A DNA stretch of 64,000 nt, from contig NW_024704753.1 of NCBI RefSeq assembly GCF_018977255.1, forward strand, positions 186,001-250,000. The letters run 5' to 3'. The notes under the pieces are model-generated. The model was given only the letters and a program-made list of their open reading frames with translations, ran no database searches and had not been told where the DNA came from. Positions 1 to 11,100 of the stretch are shown piece by piece (the first letter of the stretch is position 1; each line of letters begins with the position of its first letter). The position numbers were made by a program, and so were the translations under genes. Origin of the DNA: Callorhinchus milii. Taxonomy: Eukaryota.

Positions 1-328
1 ACATTTATACAATAACAATTTGGAGTTATATAGCGCCCCTCAGGCAGGGTAGAATCTCACAGGGCCTTTCATATTGGGAGGACATTTTTAAAGATTCATA
101 TGAAGTACCGAAACAAGCCATTCGGCCTATTTGATCTGGCTAGTACTCACACTTCATATGCATAATTATCACAATGGCAAAAATAACATTGTGTGTTGCT
201 GTACATATGTTTTTATGTTTGTGCAAGTGTATGTGTGCACACCCACCTTTGTGTGCATGGATGGGTGGTAGTGGGGGGCTGGGGATGTTGACCACGAAAT
301 GTGAGGTGACAATTGTGTGTGTGATCAG

Positions 329-3300
329 GAGCGGCCGTTGTCTGCCCGAGAGCGGAGGAGATTGAAGCAGTATCGGGAGGAGCTCCCTCAGCCAGGTATG
401 TCAGTAATACAGGCTGTGTAACCTCATTGTAAACCTCCCCTCCTCCATTGTGTCATATACAGAGTAAAACCATCTTCCTCCTCATTAGTGGTTTCTTCCC
501 CCCCCCCCCCTTCCCTCACACACCACCCCCCTCCCCCACCCACACACAAATCCCACACAGATGCACACCCCTCACACACACACCCCTCACACACCCCACA
601 CAGATCTGCATCTCACACAGACTCACATCCCATTCACACCCACATCCGACACACACACCACCCCCACACCACACACCCCATATCCAGACCCACACCCACA
701 TTCCATACGCACACCCCACCCAACCCCCACCCTCTTCTCCCTCACACACACAATGACCATGCCCTTCATTGGGAGCTGTTTTGCTGCTCAGCTGTGGGCT
801 TATTCAGAGCAGATCCACCGGGAATGTCACTGATCGGCATTGAAGCTCCCAGTGGGTTGATTCCTTATGAAGGATCCCAGCAGCAGTTTCAGACCTGTCC
901 AGTCTGAGTGCTTCCTTATGGGATTAGTGTCACATTACTCTGGTGTGTGTCCGCTATGACATAAACACCCAGAGACAGACATTGTCCTGACTGCTGTCAC
1001 CAGCTGTTGTGTATGTGGTTAATGGGCTGAAGGGCTTTCCTCACCTTCTCCTGTGATCAAAACCTCTGTTAATCATTATTCATAGAGTTATACTGAGCAT
1101 TTTATGTATTTCTTTTCTATTCCCCCCAAATGTGGGCACGTATATGTGCACATTCAGTGTCCACATCTCACAGGAGCTTCCACAATGCAGCTGGACACAC
1201 AAACTCAAATGAAGAGAATGAAGGTGTTAAACCGAGCAGCCTCTCCTCAGCTTTTCCTTTTCCCCAGGAAAAGGTAATAATTCTTACAATAATTATTATT
1301 ATTAGATAAAAGATAACTGGTTTATTGTGTCACAGTGAGTGTTATTGTTGTGTTTGTAATGTTATCAGTTTGTGTTACTGATAGTGTAACTAGAACCATT
1401 GAAATTTACAATACAGAAAATAGCTCCTCACCCCATGAGCTGACGCCCTGAGAGCGATTGTTTAGTCCTATTCTCCTGCCTGTTCCTGTCCTATTTTATA
1501 ATTCTCCTTTTCATATTTTTATCAAATTCCATTTTAAAATGTAATCTGAATTCTGCCACATCCATAGTCTAGGTCAATGGTGGCCAACCAAATAAATATT
1601 TACATTCCATCAACTCTATATAAAACAATTCTTCACTGCTTCCTTTGTTGTTTTAATAATCACATTAACTGTATTTTCTCCAGGTGACTGACTGACTTAA
1701 GTGGAAACACTTTTCTCCCCATCTATGCTATCAAAATAAATCCCCCTCATAATTTTGAAACTGTTGTCAGGTTTCTCTTCCAACTTCTCCGTTTTGGTGA
1801 AAGCAGCTCCGGTTTTCTGCAAGAATAAGTCAAATTTGGGAACCCTGGTATGATTCTGGTGCACATTATTGCAATTTCTCATCCACATTTTGCCAGAATC
1901 TGAATGATTCGAGCCCCCTGTCAGATGATGAATGTTCGTCAACCAGCTCAACGGACCGATCTGAAGGAGACAGCAGAGAGATGTGAGTTCCATTCCAATC
2001 AGCAGACTTTTAATTATTAATCCATTTTTATACTTATGTCTTTTTTTCCAATATTGAATTCCAATATTCCCATTGAAGTTGTGGCTTGTGTTGGAGAGTG
2101 TTATGTCACTCACAAAGCCATTAATCATATGTGAACTCAGATAGCAAGAACCGAAGGTTATTCAACCTTGTCACTGATAGTGATACTAATTCAACCTTGG
2201 GTGGACTTCACAGCCGAGATCAATCCTGTCCTCACCTAATCTCAACCTATAACATCTGGTCTCCGCGGCTCAATGCTGCACTGAGCTCTGCCTTTCGCAC
2301 AGCCCCAATAATAGGGCAACTTGTTCTGCATCAAAGGTTATTGGCAGGTATATTTCACTTGTTCCCTTTGAGGGTCACGTAAAAACACTGAGGAATTAAT
2401 GAAAAGTTTCCCCTGGGCCAAAGTAGCCACATTCACCAGCAATGCTCCTAACCCCTTCTGTTTTTTAGGAAACAGGATTCCAGTGAAATCCATGATCTGG
2501 TCCAACTGATGACTCAGACTTTGAGTTTGGATGTTAAAGCTTCAGAGAGAGAGAATGTGCTGCCTGTTCCAGGCCCAGTGCCCGCAGCACGGTGCAGGTA
2601 CAGAGACACATTGATTCTTCACGGGAAAATGAAGGATGAACCAGAGGACGTTTACTTCAAGGATTTTCCTACTGGTGTGTGACTGCTCAGAATTTAACTC
2701 CTTTATTATAATCCTTGCATTTGACATAGCATTTTATCACCTTATCGATTTTACTGTGAGGCATAGTGACTGTGTGTTTTTAGGTGAATGCGGCAGCCAA
2801 TTGGCGCACAGCAATGTGTCACAAACAGCCATGGGATGAGTGACTAATTTTTCGGGAGGCATTGTTGGTCTGGATACTGGTAAAAACTTCCTTCTCTTTT
2901 CGAACTATGCCTTGGGATTTTCAACACCCACCTGAACAGGCACACAAGACCTTGGTTTAGCGTCTCAACCAAAACCATAAATTGGCTGCTGCATTCACCC
3001 ACAAGCCACGGCTTTATCATGTGACTGTGAAGTGCTTTGGGACATCCTCCCAACATGAAATAAGATAAACGATTATTATTTTTGTTTTCAGAAAGTCTGA
3101 CGGTGCCAGAGAAGATTAAGAGAACAATTCAAGCTCTAAGGACCGATGTTGTAAAAGGATTGGGAGTGAAGCTGCTGGAGAAAGTCTATAGCATTATGGA
3201 AGATGATGACGAGGTCAGGAGGGAGGTAAGCTCCTCATCCACACGGATTCTCAACTTCTGCCAATTTCTCATTGATCTCAGATCCACATTTCTTCACATT

Positions 3301-3420
3301 GTCTCTGATTTTATCACCACCCAGGAATGCCTGCAGCTACATCTCGGTACAGATTTGTACCAAAGCTACAGTCTGAAGGTCCGACAACTGAAGTTCTTTG
3401 AAGATAATTCCAATTTCTGA
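329..3420 (+). CDS. NEK4: NIMA-related kinase 4, 3' coding exons (5' part lies outside the window)
   Basis: GT-AG exons about 329-395 (ERPLSARERRRLKQ), 1158-1273 (less certain), 1897-1982 (SDDECSSTSSTDRSEGD), 2469-2674 (LVQLMTQTL...YRDTLILHGK), 3092-3225 (LRTDVVKGLGVKLLEKVY), 3325-3420 (KVRQLKFFEDNSNF*). These match the NEK4 C-terminal motifs; adjacent to SPCS1 as in other vertebrates. Confidence 0.92.
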
Positions 3421-4879
3421 CAAAACAGGACCTTTACTAGTTTAACAGGAAGACAGCATTTAAGAAGTGCCTTGATGGTGCAGAGATCATTGGATAATGT
3501 GTGAATCTGCAGATCTGAATGCCCATTCACAAATGTCAGATGATGCAAAGTTAAAAAGAAATGTAATTGATGACAAAGAAATTGGAAGAAACACAAACTA
3601 GTAGGAAGTGATGACACAGTACTGAGCGGCAGCAGATTCTCTTTGTGCCTGATTGAAAGGGACTCATTTCCTGCATTATACATTCTCACTTTGCTGGCAA
3701 AATATGAGATGAATAATTCATTGTGATCACTGTATTCATGGAATCATAGGAATTATAGCATAGAAAGAAGCCATTTGGCCATCAATCCTTTGCTCCTCCA
3801 CTGAAGTGACCTACTCTAATCCCATTCCCTGCTCTTTGTATTTCTCCAATTCACATTTCAATGCTACAGTCTCTGCCTTAACTGACACTTGTGGGAATAC
3901 ATTCCTAATAACCTTCTGCTTGAAAATGTTTCCTTTCCCTCCCCTTTCACTCCATCAGTGATAAACCGTGTCTGTGTACAGCACATAGTGTAGCTATTTC
4001 ACAGCACAAGACACTGCTTGTGATTAAACATACTCTGCTTTCTTTCATATTATGCTATGAACCCAATTATGTTCAAAAGTTATATTCCTAGGTCTGCTTA
4101 TGTGTTTTTGCCATTAATGTGATTGTCACACTTTGTCATACACAGGAAGTTTCTTAAGGTCACACAAACAAATCTGAATAATTCAGTTCTGAAACTACTG
4201 TAGTTCAGTTAACAAAAAGAATGCACTTACTCTTCACCTGTTATTGCTTTCTCCCTTTCTCTGTCTGTTTCTTTCTCTGCTCTGTATGCTTTCTCATTCT
4301 TTTATTTTGTTTCAATGTTTAAGTTTTCTGTTCAGACTTCATTAATAATGGAACTATTTTTGCTAAATATGTCTGAGATCAGGAGCTACTGCCTGTGACG
4401 AAAAGATGAAAACTTCTTTTGCAAATGAAAATCTTAAATATAACACTAACAAGAAAAATAGCCGAGGTTTCTATATCTTCCCAGATACGCGTTGTAAAGA
4501 GAGCTTAAGATTGTCTACACTCTACATCGCTGAAAATTATTGACTAGTTTAGATAGAATATCATTGACATGTCTACACTATATATTGGCTGAAGTTGTAT
4601 TGCTTTGGAAACAGGAGTCATGTACCGATTAAGTTAAGCTTTAACCAAGGATAGATTTATTGGTTTTTCCATTTGATGCGAGGAAACATTTATACTGTTA
4701 TGTTTACGTATGTTGTGTCTGTAGAAAGTCTGATTCAGGCGATTTTTTAATCCAGCTCGGGTCTGAAATGCTGAACTCTGTCCAGCGCCTTGGGAGGTCC
4801 TCCTGACGTGAAAGGCACTATACAAATGTAATCTAGTTGTTGTTTGCCTCATTCTTTTTTTGGAACTGAGCTCAAGGTT

Positions 4880-5300
4880 GACATAGAAAGTGAGTTCCCA
4901 CCATGGCCAACTATTATTGTACCCGAGGTAAGTAGGGTCTCCTTGGAGCTGAACTGGCTCCAAGGTGACATGTTTGGGAACAGAACGTCAGAGTCGAGCC
5001 CAACGTGATCTCCAGTCCAGTTCCTGAGCCAGGCGGATCTGCAGTACTCCAGGGCACTGCTGATGACAGCACAGCCAGGCTGTTCATTAGTAGGACTTGG
5101 AAACACAGTCACTGGGAGCAGGGAATCCTCCCATTCAGCTCTCCTTAACGCTGCAAGCCAAAATCCTAACGGGGTAGGGTGGTCCTAACTGGACAAGCAG
5201 CGGGAAAGCTGGCCAGACAGCACTCTCAATGGCAAGCAATGTAGTTTTAGCTGGTTAGATTCTAGCAGTTAACCCAACACATACTGGGGTTCCCATACTC
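4880..5300. repeat. Unclassified dispersed repeat (other copies at about 6500-6680 and 52040-52290)
   Basis: Shared GGTCTCCTTGGAGCTGAACTGGCTCCAAGGTGACATG; CCAGTCCAGTTCCTGAGCCAG shared with copy 2; CCTAACGGG(G)TAGGGTGGTCC...TGGGGT(T/C)CCCATA shared with copy 3. Confidence 0.8.
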
Positions 5301-5427
5301 TTTCAAACCCCACTGTTACTAATATTTTATATCATTAATGTGATTCACTGAAATACTTTCTCATTCAATAATCTTTATTATTCATGAATAAGGTAAATGT
5401 CAGAGTATACAGATAATTTGTGGTGTC

Positions 5428-7269
5428 TTATTTGTGTTTTTTTGATTTCTTAACGCTCTCAGTTTGCTTCTTGTCTTCTACCTCTTGCTCTGGCTGCCAA
5501 TTCAGAGGGTTCTTACGATACATCGGCCACGGGGGGAGAGTCAGCTGAAAGACGAGGTAAAGGGTTTGGGATTTTCATGTAAAAATACAAACTGTATTTA
5601 GAACAAAAGTTAGTATTTCTAAACACAGATGGTGTGGCCCACAGCACCTCACCATAAGATTAACTGCAGAAGCCTGCATTTACGCTTGGGGAGCTTGCAC
5701 CATGTGGTTTCGAATGAGAAAACAAAGCTTATTCACAACATTTTCTATAAAATTAAAACTAAGGATTTTTTTTCTAAAAACAGGAAATGAATTAACAACA
5801 TTACATTTGTATAGCGCCTTTCAAATCGCGAGGACGTCCCAAGGCGCTGGATAGAGTACAACATTTGGTGCCTTGCGCAGTGCCTGGGCCAGTTCTCTCT
5901 CCAGAAGACAATCATTTATGTGGTGTTAAGTTCTACAGACAATGGCAGCCTCCTTAAGCTGTTTGGGTGTGGATGTGTGTGTGGGGAGGGGATGGGTGAT
6001 ATTCAATTAAACCTGTTCATAATTCAACAATTTTGCACTGAGCCAGCTGATCATGAATGAAACATGAAAAAAGTCACATACAACCGCTGTAACCCTGAGT
6101 TACACATTAATATACATGTTACATTTGCTTAAGATGTATTGTTTGACTCTGAACTTACCAAGCATGAAATTGCAAAACCGGCCAACACAATGTAAACCGT
6201 CCATCCAAACTGTTCGACAATGTAGCCATAAATGAAGCCAATTACCTAGAAAAACTAGAGACTGTAAAATCCATTCAAAGTTGAAACAGAATCACAGGAA
6301 TCAACTGAAAGCCCAATTTCTTACCGCAGCTGCTACAATCACACGTTGGAAGGTTTGCTCTGCTGATTGTTGACCCTTGTAGTCCTGCAACAACAAATGG
6401 AGAATAACTGATTAAAGCTACAATGAAGAATTTAAATCAATTTGGAGTACACCATCTTCCATCAACAGTTCACCTTGTTGGATGTCAAATGCCCAACTAA
6501 TGTCTATCTTCCTTGAGGAGGAGATAAGTTGGGTCTCTTTAGAGCTGAAATGGCTCTAAGTTGACATGTTTGGCAACAGAATGCCAAAATTGAGTCAACC
6601 CTCTCGCGGTCTCCAGTCCAGTTCCTGAGCCAGATGGATCTGTAGTATTCCAGGGCACTGCTGATGACAGCACAACCACCACCATGATGATGGGTTTCCA
6701 CATGTGTCAGACACTCAGATGACCGTTTTACACAATGCTATTTAATTGCAAATACTAATATTAAAATGGCCATTAACACGGAAAGATGACAGATCCATTC
6801 CTTTGTTTACATATTAAATCTGGAAGCGCTCACCGCCTGTGACCGGGGAAGTGGCTCCTGGAGTTTGTTCTAAAGGAAATTAGTTGCAGATTTTAAACTT
6901 TTGCTTTAAATCACTTACGTTTTAAAACAACTAAACGTTAGGATTGACCATATTGTACGATTACACTCCGTTATAAACTATCTGCTCCGCTGGCTCTGCG
7001 CAAAGGATGGTCAACTGTGGCCGTTATGAGGTCAGTGACCCCCTAGTAACCTGCCCCCAGCAACCTCCCCTATCAGCCTCCCTGGCAACCAGCCCCTAGT
7101 AACCAGCCCCTAGTAACCTCCCTGGCAACCAGCCCCTGGTAACCGCCCGCAACTCCGGGGCCCAGTGGAGCCTGAGGCCCACCAGCGCCGCCCCCGGGGG
7201 AACACGTCACTTGTTTGAGCTGCTGGACCTCACCATGTGGGTGGCCACGGCCTTGAGGAAAGGAAACAT
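5428..7269 (-). CDS. SPCS1: Signal peptidase complex subunit 1 (99 aa, 4 exons)
   Basis: Exons 7234-7269 ([12 protein letters not shown]), 6325-6384 ([20 protein letters not shown]), 6159-6245 ([29 protein letters not shown]), 5428-5544 ([16 protein letters not shown]...KHK*). Phases consistent; AATAAA on the minus strand at about 5374-5379. Confidence 0.96.
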
Positions 7270-7274
7270 GTCTC

Positions 7275-7405
7275 CCGGCCTGTGGGACACTGACCACCGC
7301 TCCCCTCGGCTCCGGCCTGTGGGTCACTGACCACCGCTCCCCTCGGCTCCGGCCTGTGGGACACTGACCACCGCTCCCCTCGGCTCCGGCCTGTGGGTCA
7401 CTGAC
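7275..7405. repeat. 37-bp minisatellite (about 3.5 copies) immediately upstream of the SPCS1 ATG
   Basis: CCGGCCTGTGGG(A/T)CACTGACCACCGCTCCCCTCGGCT repeated. Confidence 0.9.
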
Positions 7406-7716
7406 TGACAATGGCTTCCGCTCGGCGCCTGCGCTGGGACGAGGCCGTATCAAAGCCCCTGTGCTGCGCTGCCCGCACACCGCCTGCACACAGGCCCCTC
7501 TCCCACCGCAACAGCAGATCAGTCAGTAAAGCAATCAACGCGCTGCGCAATAATAAGGGCCTTTGGTGATGTGTGTGTGTGTGTCGGCCTGTGTGGGCGG
7601 GGGCGAGAGACACCGGGAGACCCAGACACACAGGCAGGTGGAGGCCACCCATCCCGTGTGCTGAGGTGGCGGTTAGTGGCCGAGGACCCCAGTAGTTCAG
7701 GTAAACTCCGCAAATC

Positions 7717-8012
7717 ACCGCAACACCGCCCCCCCTCCGCCGCCCCCCCACCGCTCCCCCGCAACACCCGCCCCCCCCACCGCTCCCCCGCAACACCCGC
7801 CCCCCCACCGCTCCCCCGCAACACCCGCCCCCCCCACCGCTCCCACCGCAACCCGCTCCCACCGCAACACCCGCCCCCCCCACCGCTCCCCCGCAACACC
7901 GCCCCCCTCCGCCGCCCCCCCACCCGCAACACCCGCCCCCCCACCGCTCCCCCGCAACACCCGCCCCCCCACCGCTCCCCCGCAACACCCGCCCCCCCCC
8001 CCCCCCCGCTCT
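7717..8012. repeat. C-rich minisatellite (about 30-bp unit)
   Basis: CACCGCTCCCCCGCAACACCCGCCCCCCC repeated. Confidence 0.9.
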
Positions 8013-8173
8013 GCTCCGCTGCACACACACTGCGGCTGATCTCCCGCTAACACTATTGGCGATTCCCTGTGTATAACCGTTATTGCTCAGGACGAGGATT
8101 CTCTCTTCAGAGGAGAAAGATTTTCAAATGTTTGTTTGTTTCATTCTGTAGATTTGGAGCCTGTGAACAAGAC

Positions 8174-11100
8174 ATGTCACTGCGCAAAGGTAAGCGCGGC
8201 CCGAGGTCCTCGCGGGGACCGCGGGGAGACCAGACCGCAGCCGTGGGGAGTCAGTTTTACTGGGAGGAAAGTCTTGGCCGAGACGCGCCACAGTTGATGC
8301 TGACACGTGAAGGGGTGGAAACACCAGCGAATAGTAAACCTGTGGAACAGGCCGTAACGTAGGGAGACGGTGGAAGCGGAAAGTGTTGTTTGTTTCAAGA
8401 ACAAATTATACAGATTTCTGCTGGAAAATAATATCTCGAGTCCTGTAGCTCAGTGGTTAGAGCTCGTCTCGCAAGCGAGAGAGAGACCTGGGTTTGATTC
8501 CCGGCAGGGGGTGAAACCTTGAGCAAGTTTCTTTACTCCACACGCCTGATAATAATCCCTCAAGGAAAAAAATGATAAAATTGGTCACTCAATCCACGAC
8601 TGTTTGTGGAACATTGCTGTGCGCAATTGACTGCCGCATTTCGTCCACAAATATACAATCAATTCACTTTACAGTATCAAAAGCAGAAGTGGCCGGGAAC
8701 ACTCAGCAGGTCAGGCAGCATCTGTGGAGAAAGGAAAGTGAGTCAACGTTACGGGTCCACGACCCTTCGTCAGATACTTCATCAGACTGTTCTGACAAAG
8801 GGTCGTGGATCCGAAATGTTGACTCACTTTCCTTATTCCACAGATGCTGCCTGACCTGCTGAGTGTTCCCAGCCACTTCTGTTTTTGATACTGTAAAGTG
8901 AATTGACTGTCTATTTGTGGGCGAAACGCGGCAGTCAATTGCTTTATAGTTTGGAACACAACATGTCAAGTGACTGTCAGGATAGTGGAAGGCAAACCAG
9001 GTGGACTTTGGTCTTTTGTCTAGCAAATTCTTAAGATTGACCATGCATAACTTTGTCCTGACAGGAAAAAATCAGTTTAAATAAGAAGTGAAATCTACTT
9101 TTTTTTATAATTAAGTCTTTTTTGTTGTTTTCCAGTTAATATCCTGGTAATCCTGCTTGCTGCGATTGTATTTCTGATAGTGTTGCACCACAATCTAATT
9201 GGTGTAAGTGACCTCTTGAGCAAGGAAAGTTCAGGTAAAATGCTTCAGCATTTAATGTCATCTTTTATCTATCCCTACTCAGTGAGCTGTTTGTAATGCT
9301 ACGTGGTAAACAATGTGACCAGACTTGAGCTATGTGTCTAGCTGTGTACATGTGAAATTGCCATTTAAGCAGGCACTTCTCTTCAGGAGAGAGGGAGAAT
9401 AATAGTATTAATAAAAACGTATCTAGAAGACCTAAATGTACCTGCACAGACCCAATGGTCAGAACTCGGGGTGGGGGGTGGTCAGGACAGCTGCTCTTCA
9501 TCACTTGCTGAAAGGTGCTGGTTGTTACTGGGTGAGAACAACAACAACAAAATTACATTTGTATAGCCCTTTCTCGTCGGGAGAATGTCCCAAGGTGCTG
9601 GACAATCAGTGTTTCGGACCCGAGCTAGTGGTCAGAATTGGAGAGGGTATAGGTCAGGGGGCAAGGAAGGTGAACAAAGGCACAGTTGAAGAGAAGGGTC
9701 TTGAGAAGGATCTTGAAGGACACCGGAACCCCTGTACGCCTGTGATTAGTCTGGTAATCTAGTCTAATGATGAAGGTTTTAAGATTAGAGACTAGATTCT
9801 GCCAATCCAGTATAGTACTGGGGGAGTGCTGCTTCCTTCAGATGGCCTGCCATGTACGGTACAATAATGACCAAAGTCCTGTCTGCCTGTTTAGATGAAT
9901 ATTAAAGATCCCGTGGCACTCTTTGAAAAGAGAGTTTCTCCAGGTGTCCTGGCCAACAATCTCTCCAAGTAGAATTTCCTCCATGGCTGTGTGCAAATTG
10001 GCTGCTGCCTGGGCTACAAAATACACATTACACAGTAAAATCTTGTGAAGTGCCTTGACACACCTCCCAGTAACGTGCCAATTTGACATTCACTGTACGC
10101 CTGTGATTTCCCACAGATTCGCTTGGTGGCCTGGGACTGGATAATTTTCACAGCCATGGAGATGATCGAAGCGAGAGAAGTGATGAAGAGATTGCCATTG
10201 TAATGCCGGCTGTGGAGGAGCGGCTGGGAGGTGTGATAGCAGCAATGAACAGTATATATAGTAATAGCAAGTCCAATGTCGTCTTCCATTTAGTCACTAC
10301 AAACACCACTGTTGGCCATTTGAGGTAAATGTCATGTTTATGTGATGTGTAGGCAGACTTGGTTCATGTTCTGCATTGTTTAATTTGACATCAGTATTAA
10401 CCCATTAATAACTTTCTCATTGCTCTAAGATCATGGCTTCAGATAGAAGAGCTGAAGGGGATAAAGTACAAAATTCTTGAGTTCAACACTAGTGTATTGG
10501 ACGGGAAAGTACCGATTGGAGGGGATGAGACAAACCTGAAGCCAGTAAGTACCTGCTTGTCCCATCTGTGACTTGTCAGGGTCTAGTTCACAATTGTCAA
10601 GTATCTAATTGTTTTTTAAATGTCGTATTTGATTCTGCTCAATGACCATTTATGGTGACATGTTTCATGTCCTAATAATGTTGTATTTTATTGCTACAAA
10701 ATCAAATGCTAATTTCCCTTTTCCTTTGATCATGTCTCCTATTCTGCCTCCTTGTTATTTGTAGTTGATGTTTGCAAGGTATTACCTCCCCACCCTGGTG
10801 CCCGGGCTGCAGAAAGCCATCTACCTGGATGATGATGTCATTATACAAGGTAAGCACCAGCCCGGCATCTCCAGGTTGTTTTGACGGTAATGTAAATATT
10901 TTGTTTAAAAATGTCCATGTTTTTTATTAAGAGTTGAGGCTGACTGTATCTATCCCTTCCTGCAGGAGACATCCGTGAGCTTTATGAGACTGAACTGAAG
11001 GTGGGCTATGCTGCAGCCTTTTCTGAAGATTGCGATTCTGTATCTTCCAAGGTGATGGTGAGAGGTGCTGGGAGTCAGGTACTACACTCTTCCGAACCTC

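Larger units (their letters stand above)
7270..8150. promoter_or_regulatory. GC/CpG-rich bidirectional promoter region, SPCS1 / GLT8D1
   Basis: CpG-rich stretch between divergent start codons at 7269 (-) and 8174 (+). Confidence 0.6.

Noticed and set aside
448-907. His/Pro/Thr-rich ORFs in a NEK4 intron
   Set aside because: Low-complexity CA-rich sequence without exon support.
8441-8512. tRNA-like sequence with A and B boxes
   Set aside because: No proper cloverleaf; continues into a repeat body seen again at about 19000-19300, so it is a SINE head and not a tRNA gene.
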